Part shown: positions 1 through 8,420 of the stretch, in pieces
Position numbering within the stretch: position 1 is the stretch's first letter
Layout: each line of letters begins with the position of its first letter
Virus record (IMG/VR): IMGVR_UViG_3300025151_004231
Location: 1 to 64,000 of that record
Source of the DNA: a virus
Length of the DNA: 64,000 nucleotides
Strand: one strand, 5' to 3'
Notes under the pieces: model-generated
What the model saw: the letters and a program-made list of their open reading frames with translations, nothing else
The model's database searches: none
Told to the model about the DNA's origin: nothing
Program-made: the position numbers and the translations under genes

Positions 1-37
1 TCGCACAGTACACCGTCGACATCAAATATATATTTTA

Positions 38-358
38 TCATACAATATACTTATCCGTTGAGTCGCCTGGTACTTTAATGCAAACAATAGTACAATCTTC
101 ATAGAAGGTTGGATCAGCAACCTCATTAGGTTCAATAATAAATGTATCACCTGCTTCTAATTCAGTATCGCAAACATTCATTTTGCCTTTTATTAGTATA
201 TTGTATTCAGTGCCAAGTTTGTGATAGTGAGCAGGCCACTGCTCACCTTTGAGATGTGTTAAAATTCCTACTTCAAAATCTTTAGTCTTTAACAGACTAG
301 GTTCAAAATCACCAATGACCCAACCTCTCGTTGTGTCTGATAATTTACCTACGATCAC
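38..358 (-). CDS. cupin-domain protein
   Basis: HYH...E cupin motif; overlaps the upstream NTP transferase. Confidence 0.6.
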   Translation of the reverse strand: MIVGKLSDTTRGWVIGDFEPSLLKTKDFEVGILTHLKGEQWPAHYHKLGTEYNILIKGKMNVCDTELEAGDTFIIEPNEVADPTFYEDCTIVCIKVPGDSTDKYIV

Positions 359-1062
359 TTTTCTAAGTATTCTGCTAAATCTTTGGGGGTGCCTATAAAT
401 GAAATATCATCAGGCATAATTTGATAGAAGCCTGCGTCTCCTTGGAACCAGTTATAAACAGGGCCTATATAGTATTCGCCTTGAGACTTGATACCTGATT
501 GCATCATTAAACGAGTGCTTACTACAAAATCTTTACCTTTCTTAAAGTAATGCAATCCAGTCAGTGCCATGTTACCTGACTGTACTTCTTTTTCAAAGAT
601 CGTACCTGATACCATATCTAAATAACTGTGTTTCGGATCATCACTTTCAATTGTGATAATGCCTGCATCATGTTCTCTTAGTTTTTCAAATACTTCATCA
701 CGTAGTTTAGGATCCCAATGCATAATCTGATCACAGTTTGCAATTAACAATTCTTCATCATTCTCAATAAAGTTTACTGCTTGAATTGCAGTTTGTGCGG
801 CTCCCTCTGTATGACCTACGACAATGAGTACTGTACAACCAGGGAACTCATCTTGTAAACGAGTACCCAAATCTCTATGGGTATCATTTATCATATCCTC
901 TGGTAGTAAAAAGATGAACTTGTTGTCTGGGTGTTCTAGCCCTAGACTTCTAGCGGCAGCCACTAACATAGGCTCGCCCTTAACATCGATTAGATTTTTA
1001 GGTTGGTCATAGTGTCCCTTAAAACGAGACCCTCTTCCTGCGGCTGGTATTAATATGTTCAT
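355..1062 (-). CDS. sugar-phosphate nucleotidyltransferase (NTP_transferase family)
   Basis: MNILIPAAGRGSRF...PKNLI and NCDQ motifs; start moved to ATG 1062. Confidence 0.8.
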   Translation of the reverse strand: MNILIPAAGRGSRFKGHYDQPKNLIDVKGEPMLVAAARSLGLEHPDNKFIFLLPEDMINDTHRDLGTRLQDEFPGCTVLIVVGHTEGAAQTAIQAVNFIENDEELLIANCDQIMHWDPKLRDEVFEKLREHDAGIITIESDDPKHSYLDMVSGTIFEKEVQSGNMALTGLHYFKKGKDFVVSTRLMMQSGIKSQGEYYIGPVYNWFQGDAGFYQIMPDDISFIGTPKDLAEYLEK

Positions 1063-1109
1063 GTATATATTTAGTAGGTTTTTAGACTGCAAAAAATTTT
1101 TAAAAAGGC

Positions 1110-1138
1110 TTGACATTTGGGTTAAAATGCCGTATAAT
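1110..1138 (+). promoter_or_regulatory. sigma70-type early promoter
   Basis: TTGACA-17 nt-TATAAT, perfect consensus with an A-rich UP element. Confidence 0.85.
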
Positions 1139-1165
1139 GATATATAGATTAAAAAGGATAGAAAA

Positions 1166-1756
1166 ATGTCTCATTTCTTTACAGCAGACTTGCATTTTGG
1201 TCACAAAAATGTGATCAACTTCACTAATCCGGATGGCACAAGATGTCGTCCGTTCGATACCGTTGAGGATATGGAAGATGCTATAATTCAAATGCATAAT
1301 GAGATTGTAAAGCCCACAGATAAAGTCTACATGCTAGGCGATATTGCTTTCAATAACAGAGGACTTGAGAAAGTCAAGCAAATGAATGGCATCAAAATAC
1401 TTGTCAAGGGTAACCACGATCAGTTAAAACTGAGCAAGTACATAGATGTGTTTAAAGATATTAGAGGTTGTCACATTACTAATGGTTTAGTGTTTACTCA
1501 CATACCAATACATGTTGATCAACTAGGTAGATTTGGATGCAACGTACATGGTCACTTACATGGTGGTAAAGTGATGCAAGGTGATAAAATTGATCCAAGA
1601 TTCTTGTGTGTATCTGTAGAACATACAGACTTGAAGCCCATATCTTTTGATGATATGGTAGATAGGATCATAGCACAAGGTGGAAAGTTGGGCATGAAAA
1701 ATGGTAACGGTCCTCAAAAACAAGTTACCCAAAATGCTTTATCTTCCGATCAATAA
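1166..1756 (+). CDS. calcineurin-like metallophosphoesterase
   Basis: DLHFGH, GD, GNHD, THIP and HGHLH motifs. Confidence 0.85.
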   Translation: MSHFFTADLHFGHKNVINFTNPDGTRCRPFDTVEDMEDAIIQMHNEIVKPTDKVYMLGDIAFNNRGLEKVKQMNGIKILVKGNHDQLKLSKYIDVFKDIRGCHITNGLVFTHIPIHVDQLGRFGCNVHGHLHGGKVMQGDKIDPRFLCVSVEHTDLKPISFDDMVDRIIAQGGKLGMKNGNGPQKQVTQNALSSDQ

Positions 1757-1773
1757 GTCATATAATATCACAC

Positions 1774-1899
1774 ATGACACAAAACGTTAAATTGCTATTG
1801 ATTGCTAAGGGTTGTGTCAAACAATTTGAGTCTCTTCAGGCGTCCGCCGAAGGGCTAGGCAAGTCTTAAGATTTGCACTGTTAGAGACTCTCTTTTTTT
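1774..1899 (+). promoter_or_regulatory. structured leader or possible attenuator upstream of the tRNA operon (31-aa uORF, stems, U-run)
   Basis: TATAAT 1761-1766; ORF 1774-1869; stems TGACACAA/TTGTGTCA and GAGTCTCT/AGAGACTC followed by T7. Confidence 0.4.
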
Positions 1900-1908
1900 A
1901 AGGAACAA

Positions 1909-2052
1909 ATGGAAGCAGTAAAAGAATCAAAGCCAACACAAAAAGGTAGATTTTGGTGTCATATCAGAAAGGACTTTTTTAGTTGGGACGAACTCATCGC
2001 ATATTACAGAATGTGCGATTTAATTGAAAAACAAAATCAAAGAAAGGGCTAA
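1909..2052 (+). CDS. small hypothetical protein (47 aa)
   Basis: AAGGAA SD plus ATG, read manually (MEAVKESKPTQKGRFWCHIRK...). Confidence 0.55.
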   Translation: MEAVKESKPTQKGRFWCHIRKDFFSWDELIAYYRMCDLIEKQNQRKG

Positions 2053-2054
2053 TT

Positions 2055-2369
2055 ATGACAATAATGACTCCGGATCAAAATTGGACTGATGAAGAATGGA
2101 ACAGTTTTAGATCACAAGTGAAAGATGTACTCGTTAAGGATATTGTAGAAGTTACTTTTACAAAAATCAACGGCGATGAACGTGTGATGACATGCACACT
2201 ACATCCTGACAATTTACCTAAGCCAGTTATCAAAGAAGGCGAAGACAAGAAAGAAAGGGTAATTAAGAATCCTGAAAACAGTCTTGCTGTATTTGATATG
2301 AAAGCAGAAGGTTGGAGAAGTTTTGTAATAAGGAATATCAAATCAGTCAATACAAGCCCGCGCCTGTAA
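2055..2369 (+). CDS. WYL-like/Sm-like SH3-fold phage protein
   Basis: VTFTKING.ERVMTCTL...VFDM...WRSF pattern typical of T4-like phages; stop codon lies inside the first tRNA. Confidence 0.7.
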   Translation: MTIMTPDQNWTDEEWNSFRSQVKDVLVKDIVEVTFTKINGDERVMTCTLHPDNLPKPVIKEGEDKKERVIKNPENSLAVFDMKAEGWRSFVIRNIKSVNTSPRL

Positions 2370-2436
2370 CTCAGTTGGATAGAGTACCTGGCTACGAACC
2401 AGGAAGTCGGAGGTTCGAATCCTTCCAGGCGCGCCA
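2360..2436 (+). tRNA. tRNA-Arg(ACG)
   Basis: acceptor GCGCCTG/CAGGCGC, anticodon arm CCTGG-CTACGAA-CCAGG, GTTCGAATC, encoded CCA. Confidence 0.95.
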
Positions 2437-2469
2437 AGTTCAATCAACGTAAGGAAACAAAAAGTTTAA

Positions 2470-2545
2470 CCGCTCTTAGTTCAGTGGATAGAACAACTGC
2501 CTTCTAAGCAGTAGGTCCCAGGTTCGAATCCTGGAGGGCGGGCCA
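2470..2545 (+). tRNA. tRNA-Arg(TCT)
   Basis: acceptor CCGCTCT/AGGGCGG, arm ACTGC-CTTCTAA-GCAGT, CCA. Confidence 0.95.
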
Positions 2546-2549
2546 GTTT

Positions 2550-2624
2550 GGGGTACGGCTAGAACAACACTAGCCTCAACCGGATGCTTGAGACATGCAA
2601 ATCCTGTCACTCTGCCCCTCCCCA
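2550..2624 (+). ncRNA. non-canonical tRNA-like RNA ending in CCA
   Basis: tRNA-sized, GC-rich, between tRNAs; stems GGCTAG/CTAGCC, TCAA/TTGA, GACA/TGTC with a TGCAAATC T-loop-like segment; GGGGTA/TGCCCC closing stem. Confidence 0.5.
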
Positions 2625-2629
2625 TAAAT

Positions 2630-2706
2630 GGGCCTATAGCATAACTGGTTAATGCAACCGACTCATAATCGGTAGAGTCTAGGTTCAAGTCCTAGTGGGC
2701 CCACCA
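2630..2706 (+). tRNA. tRNA with CAT anticodon (probably Ile2/lysidine, otherwise elongator Met)
   Basis: GGGCCTA/TGGGCCC acceptor, ACCGA-CTCATAA-TCGGT, CCA; no initiator GGG/CCC anticodon stem. Confidence 0.9.
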
Positions 2707-2713
2707 AAAAAAT

Positions 2714-2787
2714 AGGCGACTAGTGTAACGGTAGCACGGGACTCTCCAAAAGTTCTAGTCGGGGTTCAAATCCCTGGTCGTCTGCCA
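2714..2787 (+). tRNA. tRNA-Trp(CCA)
   Basis: AGGCGAC/GTCGTCT acceptor, CT-CCA-AA loop, GTTCAAATC, CCA. Confidence 0.92.
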
Positions 2788-2803
2788 ACTTTAGGAGAAG
2801 AAA

Positions 2804-2968
2804 ATGAAAATATTCAAAAGAAGGGTGTATAAATTTAGCAATCAGTGGACGCACGAAAAAACTATTTACTTGCTTCCGTCAGTCTCTATCAGTATGCATG
2901 AGTATTGCTTAGACATTTCGTTTTTGTGTTTTAAGTTTTACACATTTGTGGAGTACAAATATGGCTAA
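2804..2968 (+). CDS. small hypothetical protein (54 aa)
   Basis: AGGAGA SD plus ATG, read manually. Confidence 0.55.
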   Translation: MKIFKRRVYKFSNQWTHEKTIYLLPSVSISMHEYCLDISFLCFKFYTFVEYKYG

Positions 2969-3143
2969 GAAAAAAGAAAGGATCCCCTTGAAGGGAGGGG
3001 ACGAATTTGATGCTCTTACTACGGCTCGTAAGTATTATGTTTATCTAACTCGTTCCGGTGTTGCAAAAAAGATTAAACAGCAATACAACAAACGTTTTAG
3101 AAAGAAACAAAAACAAGACATCAAAAAAGATTTGGGCACATGA
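2961..3143 (+). CDS. small basic hypothetical phage protein
   Basis: GGAG SD before ATG 2961; Lys/Arg-rich. Confidence 0.65.
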   Translation: MAKKKERIPLKGGDEFDALTTARKYYVYLTRSGVAKKIKQQYNKRFRKKQKQDIKKDLGT

Positions 3144-3180
3144 AAATGTGTAGGTCATTGAAATCCCAATAAATATTAGT

Positions 3181-4116
3181 ATGCAAAAAGTAGAACATAT
3201 TGATATTACTAAATTGGATTTAACAGACTACGTTGAGTCGTTAAAGAACACATCTTTCTCGTCCAGAGAAATTTACAATGCTTGTCAAATCTATAAAGAT
3301 ATGATAGATGATCCTGACTGTACAATCATCTTAACGATTGCAGGATCAACGCAAGCCGCTGGTTGTCTTCAACTATACAGAGACCTAGTCAAATATAAAA
3401 TGGTTGACATTATAGTTGCAACTGGTGCTAGTGTTATTGATATGGATTTGTATGAAGCCTTAGGTTTTCATCATTACATCGGCACATCAAAAGTTGATGA
3501 CAATGAACTGAGAGAACAGGGTATTGATAGAATCTATGACACTTATATCTATGAAGAAGACTTAAAGAAAGTCGATCAATATATTTGCGACATTGCAACT
3601 GATTATGGTGAACCCAAGCCACAAAGTTCTAGTGAATTCTTGCATCTACTAGGAGAAAAGACTCCAAACAGTTTAGTAAATGAATGTTATAAAGCAAACG
3701 TACCTATCTTTTGTCCTGCTCTAAACGATAGTGCCGCAGGGTTCGGACTATTGAAACATAAAGTTGAAAATGAACGCCATGTTATTATAGATAGTGTACA
3801 AGACTTGAAAGAATTGACAGAGTTAAAGATTCAAGCAAAGAGTACAGGTCTGTTTATGATTGGCGGCGGAGTTCCAAAAAACTTTGCACAAGATATTGTA
3901 GTAGCGGCAGAAATGTTAGGGCATGACGTTCCGTTGCACAAATATGCCATACAGTTTACAGTAGCAGATGTAAGAGACGGTGCATGTAGCAGTAGTACAT
4001 TAGACGAAGCAAACAGTTGGGGTAAAGTTAGTGATCAAGCAACACAAATGGTATATGGAGAGGCCAGTAGTATCTTACCAATTGTCGCAAATTATGCATA
4101 CGTTAATAAAAAATGA
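3181..4116 (+). CDS. deoxyhypusine synthase-like protein (SpeY/homospermidine pathway)
   Basis: GIDRIYD, FCPALNDS, IGGGVPKNF, DGACSSSTLDEANSWGKV (catalytic Lys retained). Confidence 0.9.
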   Translation: MQKVEHIDITKLDLTDYVESLKNTSFSSREIYNACQIYKDMIDDPDCTIILTIAGSTQAAGCLQLYRDLVKYKMVDIIVATGASVIDMDLYEALGFHHYIGTSKVDDNELREQGIDRIYDTYIYEEDLKKVDQYICDIATDYGEPKPQSSSEFLHLLGEKTPNSLVNECYKANVPIFCPALNDSAAGFGLLKHKVENERHVIIDSVQDLKELTELKIQAKSTGLFMIGGGVPKNFAQDIVVAAEMLGHDVPLHKYAIQFTVADVRDGACSSSTLDEANSWGKVSDQATQMVYGEASSILPIVANYAYVNKK

Positions 4117-4865
4117 ACTTCTTAGGAGTTGAATCTCACTCGTATGAAGACTGCAATGTACTTGTAGTCCCGTATGGCAATGAAGATAATGTATCTTATG
4201 GTACTGGTACTTTATATGGACCTCAAGCCATTATACGTGCTAGTCAAGAGGTAGAACTACATCCGTATCCTGATAATTTAAAAATACACACGTTATCGAA
4301 AACAAACGATCTCAGTCAAACTGTTAAACAAGCAAAACAAGACGGCAAGTTTGTAATGATATTAGGCGGAGATCATAGTCTAACATCACATGCTTACCAG
4401 CATTACAACACAGATATTATACAGTTTGATGCTCATTGCGATTTAAGAGATAGTTATTTAGGTAATCCACAAAGTCATGCTTGTGCAATGCGTAGATGTA
4501 TGGAACTAAATGAAGATACAAATCTTTATAGTTTTGGTATACGCAACATGAGCAAAAGTGAAGATAAGTATATTCAACAAAACATACACAGAATATACAG
4601 AGACGTTACACCAAAAGGAAAGGAACTATATCTAACGTTTGATGTTGATGCGTTTGACGTATCAATTATGCCTGCAACAGGGACTCCAGAACCGGGAGGA
4701 TTGTTATGGGAAGAAACGATAGAATTAATTAAGGCAGTCTGTAAACAAAACACGATTGTAGCAGTAGACATAGTTGAACTTGCACCGATTAAACATATGC
4801 CGGCATATGATTTTGTTGTCGCAAAACTATGTTACACCATTTTACAAGAACTATTTAAAAGGTAA
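4113..4865 (+). CDS. speB: agmatinase/ureohydrolase
   Basis: GGDHS, DAHCD, SHA, DVDAFD, TGTPEPGG motifs. Confidence 0.9.
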   Translation: MNFLGVESHSYEDCNVLVVPYGNEDNVSYGTGTLYGPQAIIRASQEVELHPYPDNLKIHTLSKTNDLSQTVKQAKQDGKFVMILGGDHSLTSHAYQHYNTDIIQFDAHCDLRDSYLGNPQSHACAMRRCMELNEDTNLYSFGIRNMSKSEDKYIQQNIHRIYRDVTPKGKELYLTFDVDAFDVSIMPATGTPEPGGLLWEETIELIKAVCKQNTIVAVDIVELAPIKHMPAYDFVVAKLCYTILQELFKR

Positions 4866-4869
4866 AAAT

Positions 4870-5259
4870 ATGGAAAAAGTTGTTCCAGAACACAAGCACC
4901 TCATTATTCGTGCTGAAATTAAAAATGCTCCCAAAGATCCTGATTGGGTAAAAGAGTGGTTATCATCGTTAGTAGATAAAATTGATATGAAAATATGTAG
5001 TGGTCCACATACAGCATATGTAGATATTCCAGGTAACTCAGGCGTGACTGGCGTTGTAGTTATTGAAACAAGTCACATTGCAGTTCATGTATGGGACGAG
5101 CCCGACCCTGCACTATTTCAATTAGATGTTTATACATGTGGACCTTTTGATATGGATGTTATTTTTGATGACATTGATCAATTTAATCCATCTAAGGTAG
5201 AATGGAAATACTTAGATAGAGAACACGGACTGAACGAAGTGAGTAAATCTACCCAATAA
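4870..5259 (+). CDS. speD: pyruvoyl-dependent S-adenosylmethionine decarboxylase-family proenzyme
   Basis: GVTGVVVIETSHIAVHVW...LDVYTCG; start moved to ATG 4870; substrate uncertain. Confidence 0.8.
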   Translation: MEKVVPEHKHLIIRAEIKNAPKDPDWVKEWLSSLVDKIDMKICSGPHTAYVDIPGNSGVTGVVVIETSHIAVHVWDEPDPALFQLDVYTCGPFDMDVIFDDIDQFNPSKVEWKYLDREHGLNEVSKSTQ

Positions 5260-5346
5260 CTATTGAATGGCTTGAGCCTTTATAGTAAAATATTTGAAAC
5301 TGATGCGTAGAGTAAATAATATTACTCTAATGCAAAGGAGATAACT

Positions 5347-5964
5347 ATGAAGCAGACTCTAATAAAAGCCTGTGTGTTAGTTTTGATGGTATTTAGTATA
5401 TCAAAACTAATCGAACCCAACCCAGCACCTACACCCCAGGTGCAATATGTTCAACCCCAATGGTACAAAAAACCTGAAGTCGTCATTATCGAAGTTCCGG
5501 TACGTGAGTATAAGATAGTTGAAGAAGACATGAAACCTCAAGTTGTCGTTGTGGATAACTCTGAAATGGTGTATGAAGATATAGACGTATTCTGTCTAGC
5601 AAAAAATATCTTCCATGAAGCAGGTACTGAGCCAGATATTGGTAAGTATGCTGTTGCTCAAGTCACTCTTAATCGTGTAGCAAGTCGTAAATATCCCAAT
5701 ACTGTCTGTAAAGTAGTACTAGACAGATATCAGTTTTCATGGGCAAATCAAAGGAACCGACACTGGACACGCCCAAAAGGACCTAATTGGGATAGATCAT
5801 ACGAGATTGCTCAACAAGTCATGGGTGAAGGACATCGTGTAAAAGGACTAGAAAACTCCAGATATTATCACGCAGACTATGTAAATCCACATTGGAATCG
5901 CAAAATGAGGCAAGTGGCCACTGTAGGTAGGCATATTTTTTACACAAATGATGCAATCTATTGA
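5347..5964 (+). CDS. SleB-like cell wall hydrolase (Hydrolase_2) with N-terminal anchor
   Basis: CLAKNIFHEA, VAQVTLNRV, YPNTVCKVV, QFSW, YYHADYVNPHW, GRHIFY. Confidence 0.9.
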   Translation: MKQTLIKACVLVLMVFSISKLIEPNPAPTPQVQYVQPQWYKKPEVVIIEVPVREYKIVEEDMKPQVVVVDNSEMVYEDIDVFCLAKNIFHEAGTEPDIGKYAVAQVTLNRVASRKYPNTVCKVVLDRYQFSWANQRNRHWTRPKGPNWDRSYEIAQQVMGEGHRVKGLENSRYYHADYVNPHWNRKMRQVATVGRHIFYTNDAIY

Positions 5965-6005
5965 TTTATAAGAGGAAATAATTTCACTTTTTTTGCAAAA
6001 AAGGC

Positions 6006-6034
6006 TTGACATTGGGTACCCATTCCAGTATAAT
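6006..6034 (+). promoter_or_regulatory. sigma70 promoter with palindromic TGGGTACCCA in the spacer
   Basis: TTGACA-17-TATAAT. Confidence 0.85.
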
Positions 6035-6069
6035 ATGTATATATTAAACGATAAAGGAACGGGAAATCT

Positions 6070-6309
6070 ATGCAAATCAACACTCAACTAGCAAAAGCCT
6101 TCAACCGAGCAGTCACTACTGCTGAAAATATCAACGAAGATGGTTCTATTAACTGGAACTTTGTTGATGCTGACTGTTACATGGATCTCGCAGATAATTT
6201 CTACTTGGAAATTCCTGCTAACATCAATTACATTGAGCAATTCAACTATCTGGCTGATTGCTACACTGGCAAGATCACTCTTGCTGATCGTATTCAAATC
6301 CCTGCATAA
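6070..6309 (+). CDS. hypothetical early phage protein
   Basis: ORF after strong promoter; INWNFVDAD motif. Confidence 0.7.
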   Translation: MQINTQLAKAFNRAVTTAENINEDGSINWNFVDADCYMDLADNFYLEIPANINYIEQFNYLADCYTGKITLADRIQIPA

Positions 6310-6318
6310 GGACTCTTT

Positions 6319-6582
6319 ATGTCATTCTATACGCACACCGTCAATCCTATTGGCGTTTTCACTGAAAAAGATTGTGGCAACTACTTTGAGTGGTCTGTCA
6401 ATGATGATCCAATGTCTTGGTGCGAGGACTTCCCTCACAAGATTTGGGTAGGTGACACAATAGGTTCCCCATACCGATATGGTTTGGTCAAAAAGACTGT
6501 TGCGTATGTCTGTGTCGATGAAGACGAATTTGGTCTTCCAGTAGTCGAAAAATGGGCACTAAAAAAATGTCAAAAATATTGA
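6319..6582 (+). CDS. hypothetical early phage protein
   Basis: AAGGA SD, tightly packed ORF. Confidence 0.7.
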   Translation: MSFYTHTVNPIGVFTEKDCGNYFEWSVNDDPMSWCEDFPHKIWVGDTIGSPYRYGLVKKTVAYVCVDEDEFGLPVVEKWALKKCQKY

Positions 6583-6590
6583 AAAAAGGC

Positions 6591-6619
6591 TTGACATTGG
6601 GTACCCAATTTAGTATAAT
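6591..6619 (+). promoter_or_regulatory. sigma70 promoter with palindromic TTGGGTACCCAA in the spacer
   Basis: TTGACA-17-TATAAT; near copy of the promoter at 6006. Confidence 0.85.
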
Positions 6620-6649
6620 AGTTGTATAAATTAAATCAAAGGAGCGTTT

Positions 6650-6934
6650 ATGTCTATAGTTAGCAACAAAGAACTTGACAACATCAAGTCAGCAATTTCA
6701 AAAGGTCATTTTAATCTTGACCAACTGAATGATTTACGTCAGTTCATCGTTTCTGTTTCTGTTAGCAATGCTAAATCTCAAATCAAAGTTGGAGATTCAG
6801 TGTACGTTGTTCAGAAAACTAAAAAGACCCTTGGTGTTGTTACAGACATCAAAATCAAAAAGGCGATTGTCAGAATGAATGGTAGCATGTATAATGTACC
6901 TCTTTCAATGATAGAGCCGGTGGAGGAATTGTAA
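6650..6934 (+). CDS. hypothetical protein with SH3/KOW-like C-terminus
   Basis: AAGGAG SD; IKVGDSVYV...GVV...KAIV pattern. Confidence 0.65.
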   Translation: MSIVSNKELDNIKSAISKGHFNLDQLNDLRQFIVSVSVSNAKSQIKVGDSVYVVQKTKKTLGVVTDIKIKKAIVRMNGSMYNVPLSMIEPVEEL

Positions 6935-7107
6935 TGCAGGCAACAAGTAGTTATAGCAACGAGTTAGTTCAATGGTGGACTGTTGCGAACATCAACGGTT
7001 ACCCTCAAAGGGTTTACTGTACTGCGGCGAATGCGTTTGAAGCAAGTAACATCTTCAAATCACTGTACGGCAGTCAGTTAATCAACGAGTACGCCAGTAG
7101 GGTGTAA
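6934..7107 (+). CDS. small hypothetical protein (57 aa)
   Basis: GGAGG SD, TAATG overlap, read manually. Confidence 0.6.
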   Translation: MQATSSYSNELVQWWTVANINGYPQRVYCTAANAFEASNIFKSLYGSQLINEYASRV

Positions 7108-7115
7108 AGAATTTT

Positions 7116-7137
7116 GGTAGGGTTTCGGCCCTACCTT
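7116..7137 (+). terminator. stem-loop, possible terminator
   Basis: GGTAGGG-TTTCGG-CCCTACC with a short T tail. Confidence 0.55.
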
Positions 7138-7207
7138 AATAAGTGTGCAATGGGAGTTGCATGTATTTTAATGAGTTAAACTTAGTTTATATTTTAGGAG
7201 AAACATT

Positions 7208-7561
7208 ATGACAACTCAAACCTTTTCAGTAATCGGTATTACTGAGCATAACGGAAATTCAAAAGTCCGTTTCACAGATGACATGGTAAGGCGTGTCAAA
7301 CAGTTCAGCAAGGGCGGAGCGACTCGTTGTGAGTTTATCTCTCTTCCTGAAGCAATGACTAAACTAGATGGATTGGAATATATGCTTACGCATCCTTCTT
7401 TTCAATCACCTGAAGATCAGGCTACAATCTCTGATGCGATTGCTGATCGTTCTAAAACATCTGGTAAAGTAAAAGTGACCATGTCACTTGATGCTATCCG
7501 TGAACGCGGTAAGCAAGATGCTGATACACTAGAATCAGTGTTGAATGCTGTAGTTAGTTAA
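7208..7561 (+). CDS. hypothetical phage protein
   Basis: AGGAGA SD, ORF. Confidence 0.7.
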   Translation: MTTQTFSVIGITEHNGNSKVRFTDDMVRRVKQFSKGGATRCEFISLPEAMTKLDGLEYMLTHPSFQSPEDQATISDAIADRSKTSGKVKVTMSLDAIRERGKQDADTLESVLNAVVS

Positions 7562-7574
7562 TAACAACAGCCAC

Positions 7575-7601
7575 AAAAAAAGGGCTTTCGGGCCCTTTTT
7601 T
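7575..7601. terminator. bidirectional intrinsic terminator
   Basis: A7-GGGC-TTTCGG-GCCC-T6 between convergent genes. Confidence 0.85.
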
Positions 7602-7613
7602 ATTGGATAAATT

Positions 7614-8420
7614 TTATACTGTTGGTGCGGCGTTTTTATATGGGTGACTTACTGGTAAATTACTTTGTAGTCCCCACTTCCATGCTAAGTAACCTTCTGC
7701 TTTCTCTACATTAGAGACATCAGTACCACCTGTACCTGTAGGTCCTGCTACCCAAAAGAATTCAGCGGCTTTACCTTGTAATTCAACAGAGGCTCTGTTA
7801 CGCATTAATCTAAAGTCTGCTGTAGAACTCATAGAGGTATTATATGGATCACCGGCTGTTGCAACTGCCCCGTTTATTCTACCAAAGATTTCATTACCTG
7901 TTTTATTAAAAGTTGTAGAAACTATAGTCCAAGTGTTTATTGAAACCGGTACTAAAAAGTCTTGTTTTGCCTTTCCTGTTACAATCGCATTTGATCCATC
8001 ATAATCAATTTCGCCTGGCCAACTGCTACTGGAATTACTACTGCTGACTGCATACGTTCTTGTTGCATCAGCACTCCAAAAACTATCTCTTGTACTAGTG
8101 GTCACGTTAAACTGAAAAATGCCTGCGGCATAATGATTTCCGCTACTTGCATAAGGACCGTTGCCAGTACTAATAATACTTTCATTACCGTCAAAAGTTC
8201 CCGTAGTCAAGCCGTTTAGTGTTGTAAGAACACTTGGCGTACCGTTAATTGATAGAGTAAAGTTACCTGCTTTATCTGTTAGAGCAGTGATGTTGCTCCC
8301 TGCTAGAGTGTATGAAGATGCATCACCGAAGTCAACCCAGACATCAGGGTTAAGATTTTCTGGTGTTAGTAGTTCAGCACTATGCCAGGCCATTTGCGCC
8401 ATCATCATTGCGCCAGCCAT
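7614..8420 (-). CDS. LamG/concanavalin-like domain virion protein (tail-fibre tip or partner)
   Basis: W-x-D...TDKAGN N-terminus and EGYLAWKWG...LPVSHPYK C-terminus; adjacent to the fibre gene. Confidence 0.6.
   Translation of the reverse strand: MAGAMMMAQMAWHSAELLTPENLNPDVWVDFGDASSYTLAGSNITALTDKAGNFTLSINGTPSVLTTLNGLTTGTFDGNESIISTGNGPYASSGNHYAAGIFQFNVTTSTRDSFWSADATRTYAVSSSNSSSSWPGEIDYDGSNAIVTGKAKQDFLVPVSINTWTIVSTTFNKTGNEIFGRINGAVATAGDPYNTSMSSTADFRLMRNRASVELQGKAAEFFWVAGPTGTGGTDVSNVEKAEGYLAWKWGLQSNLPVSHPYKNAAPTV

Noticed and set aside
1828-1890. Glycine riboswitch (CTTCAGG, GCCGAAGG)
   Set aside because: Motifs occur in the wrong order for one aptamer and the GGAGA P1 element is missing; kept only as an unknown structure.
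2075-2688. Minus-strand ORFs over the tRNA cluster
   Set aside because: Typical antisense translations of tRNA genes.
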